Positions 12,779 to 25,373 of a stretch of DNA of 64,000 nt are shown here, one piece after another. The stretch is from the NCBI GenBank assembly GCA_030141605.1, contig JAQGDQ010000073.1:620001-684000 (forward strand), given 5' to 3'. Every line of letters starts with the position of its first letter. Position 1 is the first letter of the stretch. The position numbers and the translations under genes are program-made. Under the pieces are notes generated by a model. It was not told where the DNA came from. It ran no database searches and saw nothing but the letters and a program-made list of their open reading frames with translations. Origin of the DNA: Tubiluchus corallicola (taxonomy: Eukaryota; Animalia; Priapulida).

Positions 12779-14478
12779 TCAGTGGTAGTAGCTGTGTTTT
12801 TTATAATTTCCATATGATGGTTTGTAGTAACTTCTTCGTTTGTAATGCTTTCGTCCGTAACCGTAAGGTTTCTTGTAGTATCTTGATTTTCTGTAGCGTC
12901 TGCGGCGTCCGTAGTATGGCTTGCGGTACGAATATGAATATCTACCGTAACTAGGATAACCATAACCATAGCCATGTCCATAGCTTCCGTATACTACGCC
13001 GCGATTTCTGTAGCCGCCGTACCCTCCTCCGTAATGACCTCCATATCCACCATAAGAAACTTTTCTGAATCGTCCATTTCCGTAGTAGTCATTCTTGTAG
13101 GTGGCAGCAACTTTGCTATGTCCGTCTCTGTAGCCTTTTTCGTAGGCATAATCAACAGCCGCATCCACATCCCCACCATGATAATCATCATCGTTATGGT
13201 AAGAATCCTTAGCTTTGTAGGTAGAGCCATGATATCCATCATTATATCCTGACCCGGCGTATCCTTTATTGTGCCCACCACCATAGCCGTATGATGAATA
13301 ACTTTTTTTGTAGCCATAACCTCCATGACCACTGTCATAGCCACTACCATAACCGGAAGAGGAATATCCCTTCCTATCATCATACTCTTGTTCGGGATAG
13401 CTGCTATAACTACTGTAACCTCCATATGTGACTGGTCTGTTGTATCCGGCATAACCATAACCGTAACTGGAGTATCCGTCTCCATAACCACCTCCGGCAA
13501 GACTCGCCGCTAAAACCTTAAAAAAGAAGTTGTTTCCTAAATAAGATTTTCCCTAAATAAGGCATGCAGCAGGGTGCTTCTCTATTTAATTGTGACAACA
13601 CAGTTTTGCGAAAAAATAACTACATCTCGCTTGATTTGCTTGTTTTTGCTACTGGTGATCATGAATGTGAACGAACCATTACGATTTTTCTTTTTCTTTC
13701 GCGCAATAAAAAAACAGAAAGAAAAAATTCTGTGAAAGTTTCAAAAGTTTTTTGGACATGCCATCAATGCCTCGGTTTTTGCCAAGGTTTTAAAATGTGC
13801 GATAAATCATAATTATGGTCAAGCAAAATAAAAATTAATTAATACCTTATACTTTGTTAATCATTACAGTTGAATAATAAATAATCACCAAAAAATTATG
13901 AAATATCATAACACACGTTTTCTGCTACATATTCAAAATGACAACGAAATTTGTTATATCATATTAGCCAAGATCTTAAATGCGGTGTTAAAGGTGATCA
14001 GCATTTAAATTATAGCATGTACCATCGCTATGATTTCATTTTTATCTGAACAATTTCAACTTAAGTATGATGGCGTCGGTCTCTTTATTTAACATATCTC
14101 TGTACAAGTTACATTTCTTGAGCAAAAATAGCACATTTTCTTCACGATATCTAGACGAGAAATTTAAAAATTGCTTAACGATACTAATTTATGATTTATA
14201 AGGTTATTACCTGTATTAGAAATTATCAGTAATAAATTAATAATAAAATATAAAGTTATTCACTGTATCAGAAATTACTAACCTTGAATAAATTTGTTTT
14301 TCCTATTGATTAATTAACTTAGCATATATAATATGCAGTAATATAATAATTCAGATTAAATTTTCTTCTAAAATAGCTCTTCTTCCCTGTAGCTGTAGGC
14401 GTAATAATTAATTATTATTATTGAATAATTAAAATAATTACTCACCGAACAAAGCAGCGTAAGAATCAGAAGTTTCAT
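12779..14478 (-). CDS. Secreted Gly/Tyr-rich structural or adhesive protein with an Arg/Lys/Tyr-rich C-terminal tail; exons 14478-14446 and 13516-12779 (256 aa)
   Basis: Exon 1 MKLLILTLLCS|GTGAGT, phase 0, joins acceptor TTTTTTAAG|VLAASLA-GGGYGDGYSSYGYGY...YKKHSYYH*. Clear signal peptide; GY/GGY/SSY repeats; the 738-nt exon is open end to end. Confidence 0.9.
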
Positions 14479-16149
14479 GGCGTCAGAATAAAATCTACAA
14501 CAATTTACTTTTTACACTTTTAATACTGCGCCAAGTCTCCACTCCAGTTATCTTCTGACCAGGAAAAGTTTTCCCTTTTAAAGGCTTTTCAAACCAATTA
14601 GCTTCTCGTTGATTGACTACACAACTTTTGAGAAGCTTGCGAAACAGTGAGAAGGAAGGACAGCGTGCCAGTCTAAGTGAGTATATACCCCTGACACAGT
14701 TTTCTACTAATTACAACGAAGACTTTCACTACCACCATGCTCGAGTTTATCCACTGTCCCTGTCATTGTCATTGTCATTGTCACTAAATTCATTATAGTA
14801 ACTATCGTTATCCATGCACAAAAACGAAACAAAACTTCAATAAGCGACAGTAGCAGGCATAATATTAATCATCGTAAGAGATTAAATAAATATATGCTCC
14901 AACATTGTATAATTTGCATATAGATGCCATAAGCCCTACTATATAATTTGAAAAAATGCAATGGAAACTATTTCTTTGTTCGACATTACGTGCTGTGTCT
15001 GAGAAAGCTACCACTTTTTTACTACAATTACCGAAAGGCTATCGATTATCTATATCCTCTCATGTCAGTATGCCCAAAAACAATCAAAATAGTTTAGACT
15101 TTTAACTTATTTTCAGTATTATTTCCTAGTAAACAACTGGGCTTATTAATTAATCTAATATATATATTATTTGGATTTTCAATAAGCTTTGAGTGCCAAA
15201 ATATAAATTGTTTAATGCTGTCACACTAATTACGCTGAAATCGATGTATCCAAGAGCCAGCTTGCATATATTCCAAAACTACTTATTTTGTTGAATTACT
15301 AATATGCTAATTGCGTATAATTATTTGCTGGACAGTTCAGTGAGAAATTTGCTGAAAAGCATTGATGCGTAGGTGGTTTTAGACTGGTAAGCACCTTACA
15401 GTTTTTTTAACTATAGTTAGTCTTTCAATTGATGTGTAGTAGTGGTAGTGGTAGTAATAAGGATAATAGCATATTTTGACGTTTCTGAATACTGAGCCTC
15501 ATAAATTTGAATAGTTCAGATTCCGGGTGGTACATCTAAGTACCAATGCCATTTTACGAGTAATTCACGATGTTTCACGTGTGATGATAGTTCTGGTTGA
15601 CATTGACTTCGATGTTAACGCCTTCAGGCATCAACCTGCAGGTACTACTATCAGCGTGTCACATCATTCACAAATTTTTATTGCAATTGCCACTATTTTC
15701 AGGCAGATATTAGGTCATATTGGAACACCTAAGATTTACAAAAACCTGCGTGCAAAAACTTAATTTTATAAATGCAAAATAATTTATTGGTAGGAAGGCC
15801 AATAACCTTCACTTTGAAATTTTTTATCTAAAAATTTCAAACGGAATCACGCATGATGATTTAGCTTTTTGATCTTTCTCATATTTTTTTCTCGACATAA
15901 ATGATACGTTTGTATCCTAGAAATAATCTGTGCCATATTATTTAATTTTAATGTCAAATTTATTATTAACGCTGTTGCAAGCCCACATGTAATTAAATTT
16001 GGTACCGAAGTTGATACCGAAAACCAGGAAATGTGAAAATGTTAAATGCAGCCTCGATTTGAACCATGGACTTTCTGCTTACTGATTCACTTGATACACT
16101 GAATGATTTTAATGCATTGTATAATGTTTATAATCATGCATTAAAATCA

Positions 16150-16620
16150 ACGTGTACCTAACTAAAGATTTACACTGTTAGCTCGCAAATGCATCAAGAA
16201 CTAAACTACTAGTGCAATGTTGTCTAGATTTCGTCAACGTTGATACCTAAGAGTTTGATTGCATTTGAGCTTTTAATTGCAAATTCTCCGACCTTTAGTG
16301 GTATTGTTGGCGTTAAATTGTTATTGGTTGGTGAGAGTTGCACATGTTTTGTTTTTTCATTGTTCATTTTCAACTCGTAGAAGTCAAATGCTGCATTATT
16401 ATTTACTATATCTTGTTCCAAATTGTACCTGGCTATATCAATATTTTCATTGGCCGTGTATATTGTGGTGTCGCCAGCGAACTGTACTATGTTTGAAATA
16501 TTTTGTTTATATTATTTACGTACAAACAAAATAATAGGGTCCCTGGGGAACGCCTCTTGTGGCACATTCGAAAAAGTTTTGTTACCTAGTTTAACTCTTT
16601 GCTGTCTCTTTTGTGGGTTT
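16150..16620 (-). mobile_element. Degenerate non-LTR retrotransposon reverse-transcriptase fragment (CR1/L2/Jockey-like)
   Basis: Minus-strand frameshifted motifs GVPQG, IVQFAGDTTIY (decayed YADD), LKMNNEKTK and IKLLGINVD. Confidence 0.75.
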
Positions 16621-16861
16621 GTAACAGCATTTCTATGTCAGATGTATTCTAGGCTTTAATATATATCTGCACCGAGACCCATTATAACTTACCCGTGAGC
16701 TAGCTTGAGTTCGGATTTAGGTTACTGAGTTCATTGCGCATAGACATGTTTTGTTTCATCAGTTCAGTGAGTTCAAATGGTGCTTAAACCAGTGTACAGT
16801 TTTTTTTACAGGTAAGACAGGTCCTAGTAATAGCAATTTAACTAAAACTTAGATAAGGTAA

Positions 16862-16932
16862 GCATCGGTGGTTCAGTGGTAGAATGCTCGCCTGCCACGC
16901 GGGCGGCCCGGGTTCGATTCCCGGCCGATGCA
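16862..16932 (+). tRNA. trnG-GCC: tRNA-Gly (anticodon GCC)
   Basis: GCATCGGTGGTTCAGTGGTAGAATGCTCGCCTGCCACGCGGGCGGCCCGGGTTCGATTCCCGGCCGATGCA: canonical 71-nt cloverleaf with A and B boxes, followed by a TTTTT Pol III terminator. Confidence 0.99.
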
Positions 16933-19900
16933 TTTTTCGGAATATTGTGAGGCTAGTATGAACGATTCTTTACTTTTTTAGTTCCACATGTAAACAGGTA
17001 AACTTGTTAAAATTAACTATATATCTCAGAGATTTATGTGCCATTCTGATTGAGTGCTGGCAATGTAGTAAACTGCAAAAAGCGTTGAATTAATCAACGA
17101 GTAGTCTATTTAGCCGAAGTGCTTGGATATATTAAAATTGTTAAATATACAAAGCAAATTTTATATACTGCTAGTTCTTACTTCTCTGCATTATGTTTTA
17201 ATTTACTAATACGTAACTGTGTAACATGTGTAACTTTGCGTAATTTTGTGCCTCAAAAACATGAATGAATCAAAAGAGCATATGTCATGAGCTCTTCCAA
17301 TGTTCATACTAAAAATGCAAACGAGGCATTCAGACGAGCGAGTTTTATCGCGTGAGTTTCCCTCTGACAGCAAACTCGCAAATGTGAATCGTATTACGAG
17401 TTACGGTGGGCAGGTCATTGCAACTTTTTAACTCTTTAACTCTTTGTATAATGCTGTATTTATGTTTTTAACTCCTGTTTTATATCGAAGAAAATCTGAA
17501 ATAAAGGTTAAATTCATTCAAAAACTAAAAAAAACTTGCTGCGAGTTGATTTTCTCCAAGCTATTGCTTTGGCAAGTTATTCTCGACACTTCTTACAGTG
17601 AAAAAAGAAGTGAGTGTCAGCTCGAGCTTGCTGTCTTAGAGTAACTAGCAGCAAGTTTTGTTCTCTAATCTAAATACCCTTGCCAATTACTCAGTGAGTT
17701 GACATGGCGGGAAAACTCGGTCGTCTGAACGTAAAGGCACAAGACGCTAAAACTGCTAAAGACGACAAAGTGGCGTTTACCTAGCATTCGAAATGCGTTA
17801 TGTGTTAGCCATCTGCGGAATAGCTGCGTATAAAAAATTAACTGGAAATAGCTGCAGAAAAAACACATAACGCAGGCTTGGTAAACGGGTAGATTGAAAA
17901 CAATATAAATTGGTTTTATCTAATCCGCTTAACGCATGCCAATTTCGGATGCCATTTCGGATGTCACTTAAGAAGCTAAAGAAATTAAGTAAACAACAGA
18001 GGAAGCTCCTAACTATATGTTTCCATTTTTAAATTGATTTAAAGTGTAGCACCTATAAATTTACATTAAAATTATTTGCTCTATTAAATCCGTAGACGAG
18101 GAAAAAGACAATGATATTATACGAATACCTTTTATGTACAGAATATTTTATTTTGCAAATCTCTGATAACATGTTTTTCATTCAGGATTTAAAATAGTAC
18201 AAGCTTTAACATTTTTAAATAGAACAGCCAGCTAGGTTACTCCATACTTTTAAACAATATAGCTTAATAAACACTTAATAAACATTACTGTCTTGCGAAC
18301 ATGATTTGTACGGCACAAAGTGCAACAAAATTTTTTTGTGCCTTGTGTTGATACTTAATATTAGTTAATAATTGGCTTTAACGAGCTTTCATCTTTTAGA
18401 ATGTAATTTTATTTTATTTTTTGTCTAATGAAACATTATACTAACTGTCACCTTTCAGTACGCATTAGCCTTGTCAACAAGGTCGACCATTGAGGCTGTG
18501 CACGGATTAGTACTATAGCGGCTCTAGTGCGTCCGGTTAGTGGACATTTTTCTTTCATTTTCACAACAATAATAGGTCTGTGTAGAGAATTACAAAGGAA
18601 AGATGGTACGCAAATTGTTCGATGACACGACAGTGTGTCATTACTAACACGTGCGCTACACCTAGGCCTACTTTTATAAGCACTGCTTTCATAGTGTTTG
18701 CAGTTGACTCTGTGTTGTGTTACAAGAGCTTTAGGCTTTGTAGAACATCATATTGTAATTTATAAGTTTTGCCTCTGTAAAAACGCGAGTGTTCAACTTT
18801 ACCCTATTTCTGTTCATAATGCCAAGAGGCCTTCTCCAGCAGACTATTCCAGTGATTTTTTCTAAGTATTTCAGGGTTGGTGACCTATAAGTAATTCATT
18901 TTAATGTACTTATATATTAATAATATTCTTTATATCAATTAATGTACATAAACTGTACTGTACAAAATACATACACATAATTTTTTTTGTACAATCAGTC
19001 AGGGGAACTTATGAATGCCATAGCGTCTATACTAAATCTACCCAACTTACACAATACAAATAAATTAATTGTAAATTTATAAAATACATTACTGCATCAA
19101 TTTACCAAACAATACAAACGTAAAATTTATACATGGTTACAACTTTGATTAAAAAGCTGTTATAATAATAATATGCCGCATCATAATTATTATAAGTTTA
19201 CCACAATGACATTACGTAATCATTATTAATTTCGCACATGATTTTATCCCATTTTTTCGCCGGTTTTCTATAGTCTCTTAATTGAGTATTTCTTAGTTCA
19301 GTTTTAAAGCTTTTAATGTTAATTGATGATTTTATATTATACACTTAATTAAATTTTAAAAGTGTATTTTCCTGTATTTTATGTATCACAAATGTTTTTA
19401 TTAGTTAAATCTTAACACTTAAACACAGATTTATTGACTCAAATTTTACAAGCTGATCTTTAATTTATGTCTTTTTTACGAAGTGTTTTACAATTTGTCC
19501 AATTTAGTACTTTTGGCTAATTTAGTTTAATTTTGGTTTTTATTAGGAGAAATTTTGCAAAGAACTTTAACCTGTTTAAATTAGTACTTTTATCTAACAT
19601 TTGCTTTTAGCCCGTATCTAATTTTACAAAGTATTTTATGATTTATCTGTTTTAGTACTTTAGTAGTCAGTTTCTAGTTTTGTCTAATTTTAATGTTTAG
19701 CTTAGTTAATTTATATTTTAACTACTACTAACATGCCATAGACCATTATGGAAACATTTTGTATACAATTTAATATGCTCCATGTGAAAATTGCATTCTA
19801 CTCGATTCTATTCTAAGAAATGCGATGGATTGGTGGTGTACAGTGTCTGCAATATACGTGGATCTAGGCTGCATTCCAACTTTTTTACATTTACTGCCTT

Positions 19901-22399
19901 TCAAGATTGGTATCAAATTTAATAATTTAATATTGTGTTGACATTAAGATTATTATAATTTTTTATTAAAATTTTATTAATATTCATAATAATTTTATAA
20001 TGCATGAACTTTATTAATATTCAAAATCATTTTGCAATGCATTTATATTGTACAAGCTTTGCGAATATCACAAAAGGTCTTAAAATAAACCTTTGTATAC
20101 ATTAGAGAACCAGTGTTCTGTTGGCAAAACTTAGAAAACACAACAAACGACGTACGAAACGAAGAAACCATTAGTTGCACAGTAATGACATGTCAGCCTA
20201 CTATACAAACCTTATACCCCGAACAAAAATTATTTTCTTATTATGACTTAGTTATGACATGCACTTAGTTTACGTAAATTACACGAATTCACAACTAAAA
20301 TACAAATAATGATATTTTATTTTATTTTTTTGTCGTTACTTTTGCCACAACCAATAATTTTAAGAATGTTTGTTGGCCCTAGCCTTTGTTGGCATTTCCA
20401 CTTTCAGTTGTGCACTTGTGAGACCTGACAAGTTATTATGGTTCTTACCACGCAAACAAAACTTAATGAATTCAGACCCAAATCCGCGAGCGTAATGCCG
20501 TAACGGTGTCTACACTTGATTATATCTGGTCGAGTGTGGCTAACTTATGTCAATACTAGTCTTGTAAGCGTTCAAGCGTAATTAACCAGCGTGTTTGATG
20601 CTCGTGACTAACATGGAACTTCATGACTCTGTGCACTATAGTTTTGGAGTTATTAAGAATTTAACGCTACAACTTGACAGACAAAACCGTTTGCTCCAAT
20701 TTTCATATTTTACCTCCTGTCTTGGACATGTAAACAATCCGAGTTATTTTTATTTTTACTTACATTTGTCTCAGTCCCTACTCTAGGTGTTTAGTTGGCA
20801 AGTTTCGTGATTTCAGTTGCTATAGTTTTAAACGTTTAGGCATTTTTATACATTTTGGATCCTATCGGGCTTTTAAAAAATCCTAGCCTTTTTAAAGCCC
20901 AGATATACATTTAGACAGCAATACGTAAATACCTTTGAAGAAAAATTTGAATTTAACTCAAGGCCCTAGGAGGGTTGAATGGCAATCGGAAAACTAACCG
21001 ATGTTGAAAGTCCTTTGATCGATGCCAACATTTACCACACTACTTCCAAGATCCCTGCCACAGTATGTACCCTGTAAGTTTCGCGACTCTAGCTCTCCGC
21101 ACTTGGCATTCAGTATGAATTAAAAAGTAAAAAACAGAATGCCTAACATAATGACTAAACATCAGCGTTAGGGGTTCTCCTAGGTCAGAAACGTTAGCTA
21201 GCTCTCCGGATAAAAAATCAAGCATAATAAAGTTATCACTGATACGAAATTTATTAAAAAAACTTTTAGTGCTGATTTAAATGTGAAATCTTGAAGTTAT
21301 ATGCAATTTGAAATAAAAAACAGTAGTTCAGTTTGATTACTTCTAGCTCCTTCAGGATCGTAACAGTTTGCTCTACTTTGCAGAGGTTCATGAAAAACTG
21401 TTTAATGATTACGTTATATATTTTGATATAATTTTTATATCCTCACACAACTGGCTTTCTCTTGCAAAATTATATATATATATATTAAACGCATTTGCTT
21501 ACCTTAGACAAACTAAAAATCTATTTTTGACGAAAAAGTTGAAAATAGCTTTTAGTAATTGAGGTGTTTCTACCGTAACGATGTACAGAATTACTTGTGT
21601 GAAACCGGCCACTGCAGGAAATTTCAGCTATCCTCACACAACAGCTGATACATTTTGGCCTCAGGTATACTTTATTTATAAGGGGAAATTCCTGTAAAAA
21701 ATGAGACGACCTTAATAATATTATGTCCTTGGCTGATCGTTTGCTTTTTCTGGAACTCTCCACAACAGACGGTTCTCCTCGCCTGTTACAAGCATGCGAT
21801 CAATAAAATAATGTGTACGATCACGCAAGTGCACGTCAGAGTACTCGATAGGTTAAATTGGAGGACCTGAAAAGGGCACGTTTTTCTTAATTTTATCGAA
21901 TTAAATGCTTAAAAAATAGCATGACTGGATAACTGAGATTCTCTTGAATAAAACAGTTCTTAATTTATAACCATTTAGTTATGTCTGTGCTCATACAGTA
22001 GCAAAAAACTTATAGGTCTTGTAAGACCTATTTTGAGTGGTGCGTTCCTGTAGGAGTTAGATTTAGAATTTCGATTTCTGTTAGTGTATGCTTGGTCTTT
22101 GATCGCTACTAATGGCAAATAGCGCCATACTTTAGAGATAAGCAAACATTACCAGAAGTCGAATGTTAATCGAACTGAATTTTTGGCTTTCGAATTCGAG
22201 TCATTTTCGAATTTCAAAGTTTCAAATTCGAAATGAATTCAGAACTAAGGATTTTCGAATAAATTTCGAATTAGTAATAAAAACAGTAATGTACACAAAG
22301 AACTCAGTAATGGTTCCGAGATAGAGAAGACCATCCACGTATGTAGTAAGGACACTAATTTACCAATAATGACTGATTTTTCCAAGTAAAATTAGGAAT

Positions 22400-22780
22400 C
22401 GCAATGAAAAGAGCTTGGCCCAGTAAGCAGCTACTGAACTGACCCCAAATCAGGAATAGATGCATTTCAAATAAGAAACTATAAAAACATTAACATGCTA
22501 GGAACAAAATGAGCAAAGAAAATATCGTCAAGAAAATATCGTCAGATGCATAATAAAGTCAAGGCAAAATTATGGACAGTTAAAATCACAGGAGAAGATT
22601 AAGATGGCTAGGACATGCTATACGACTACCAGATAGCCACCCACTGAAATTAGCTTTCAAAGAAGCACTGCAGAAGGAAAAGAATCCGTAAGGAGGACAG
22701 CTCAGCAGCTTTACATCAGTGATGAGTAGTGACTTACAATTATTTCATCCAAAAACCTTATCAACACATCTTTAGATAGT
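22400..22780 (+). mobile_element. RTE-type LINE 3' fragment
   Basis: Translation RRRLRWLGHAIRLPDSHPLKLAFKEAL...GGQ matches the RTE post-RT motif RRLRW.GH..R. Confidence 0.7.
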
Positions 22781-25373
22781 TAAATAGATATTGCGCATGT
22801 CAGAGCATGTGTCACTCCAGAAATGAAAATGAAATTAGACGAGGCAGTCAGCGTTGCCTATTTCTTATTTTATTTTTTTTGTTACGAAAACACCAAACAA
22901 CAATACAATATAGCAAAATACATTATGATAACATATGGTGCACATAGTTACATTAATTTCATAATAAAATTGACATGGCACTATATCAATATAAATTGTT
23001 GTTTGCATTATAGTCAGAAGCATTACTTGTGTGACTATAATGCAATTAATGGTGCTGGTGTTAGGGTGCAAAAAAGGAAGGTAAAAATGATGGAATGATA
23101 GTTGAGAGAGCAGGAGATGGGAATTAGTAAGATTAGGTTAGCGAAATGATGTGAATGATAATGAATATGAGATTGCTATTAGGACAGGTATTAACAACAC
23201 GAACTTGTGTTGGTCGTAGTAGTCACTATGTTTTAATAATCATGTCACCTAAGAATGATGTGCCATACTGCTAGGTCAAAAGTCAACGCTACAAGTTATC
23301 ACAACAGTTTCTTTTGTTTTAGAATACTGCTTGGTAGTGCCTATTCAAGGTTAACGGGCATTTGATGATGAACATTAGTAGTTAAATCAAAAATTAGCCA
23401 AATATTTTATTTAGAGAAATATTAATACACTCAGACACGATAAAAACGATGATTTTTATTTCATTCAGTGTGAGTTGTTTTCCATGAATTGGACGACATT
23501 AAATAGCTTATACCGTCACCACCAGAGGCTCATGCAGAATATTCACATAAATAACAAACGCATGTTATTTAAGTGACATTTTTTACATAATAATCACCAG
23601 TTAAAGTTTTTAAATTCAATGATTGAACCTTTAATATGTTTCTGGGAGTTTTTTTGCATCTAAATATCTTTGAAGTTTCCTTCATAACTTCTGTCTCCAT
23701 TTTTCCGATAATGTGGGTTAAATGTTAGTGGAGTCGGAATTTTTTTTATTTGGCAGAACATCCACATGTACAAATTTAACTTCCACACCAAATCTGCACT
23801 GCGCCACATTAATCTACATCTGCCAGAATATCTGCGACAGATATTTTAAAATCTGCAGTAAGCAAAAAAAAACTTTACTGTCATCAATTATTGCTCGCTC
23901 TTTTGTGCACAACTGCAGCTGAGACCACAAAACTCATGAAGAAAAAATCTGCGTCCAGTCCGCTTTAGCATTCCGTGAAATCATTAAATAATCCTCCACA
24001 AAAAATCTGCATTTTGATTCTGCTTACAATTGATGTGGATTCATACCTTCGTATAATATCCAAGTTAATGTTGTCGTATGTCCTGTGTCTACTGCTTAGT
24101 CCGGTTTTTAGACTTTCTGTTCGGTAAAATAAGAAACAAAACCAAATATGCACATGTCCAGGTTTTTCATGTTTGGACAGAGTTGTATATATATTTGCAA
24201 CAAAGTCGCTAATTTTTTTACCATCAGCATGCCATTAATTTAACTTACGCTTTGAACTTCCTTACGTGTCATTTTACATTAAAATTAGAGAACAAAATTA
24301 TTAAACCGTGATAGTCTAAGTTAGTGTTACAAATGTTGAGTGCACAGAAAAGTATTTGCTTTGCAAAACAGTCTGTTTATCAGTCATGTTACATGTGGTT
24401 TCTTAGCTTTACACAATTTAAAAAGTTAGTTATTCAGTTCGAGACAGCTTTTGTCATCATCTTGAAAATGACAGCCATACTGGAGGAACGACTTCTATTT
24501 AAAAAATTAATAACCTTGATGTGTTTTAGCAATGTGGATAGTTTTTTTGTAACTTTTTGGCAAAATTGGCAGTTTTTTCACGATTCTGTTGGACTACATG
24601 TTAGTGACCCAGTGGCAATCTTGTTTTTGCAGTGTTTTTGTTTTTTTGCATCCTTTTTGAAATCTAGCAGTTTTTGCATTACACAAAGTCCAAATGACAA
24701 AAATAAATTGATTTTTGTTTTTATAATAAACCTTCAGGTGAAACAGCCACAATAATTGCATGATTAGCATGATTTCAGTTTGTGTGTTGGTTATTTTTTA
24801 AAAAAAATAGTGCCCATTTGTGAAATGGAAGATACAGAAATGGAATGCTTGGCTCTAATTACTTTGTGATGGATGTTATAATTGCTTCTTAATATTAATT
24901 TTCTGGGTGTCTTTTTTGACTTGCATTGTTTGTGCAAAAACTTGACAGCCATTTTGCTTTTTGCATTTTTGCCCTTCCTGTAAGGCCACTGAGTTTGCTG
25001 TAGAGTTAATTGCACCACGCACAGTGGTTTGCTTCAGTCGCTAATTTTAAAATGTTGGCGCTAATTAAGAAATCACTAAGATCGTTCAAGTTTAAGACTT
25101 TTTTACTTTAATAAAAGAATCTGAGTGGAAAATCTTTCACAGTAAAGTGTATTTTACTGTTTGTAGCTTTTATGACAAATAAACTAACAGTTGCACAAAA
25201 GCATTTGGCTCATATAAATGGTTCTAGCAATAGGAAATAAAACAATAAATGCCAGCATTGTTTTAGCACTATTTGCATGAACTTCCTGAAGGATGTAATT
25301 TTTGACCAAAAATGTCTTTACATTTTTAGGAATTAGGACTTAAATAAGAGTTAGGAATTTTACTGAGTTGTGG

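Noticed and set aside
12769-13513. Overlapping ORFs in other frames or on the other strand of the Gly/Tyr gene (including the 168-aa Met/Thr/Val-rich ORF)
   Set aside because: These are by-products of GGT/TAT/TAC low-complexity codons. Only the GY frame connects to the signal-peptide exon.
20930-21763. Exon-like segments and short ORFs between the tRNA and BolA1
   Set aside because: No consistent spliced ORF or recognisable product could be built.
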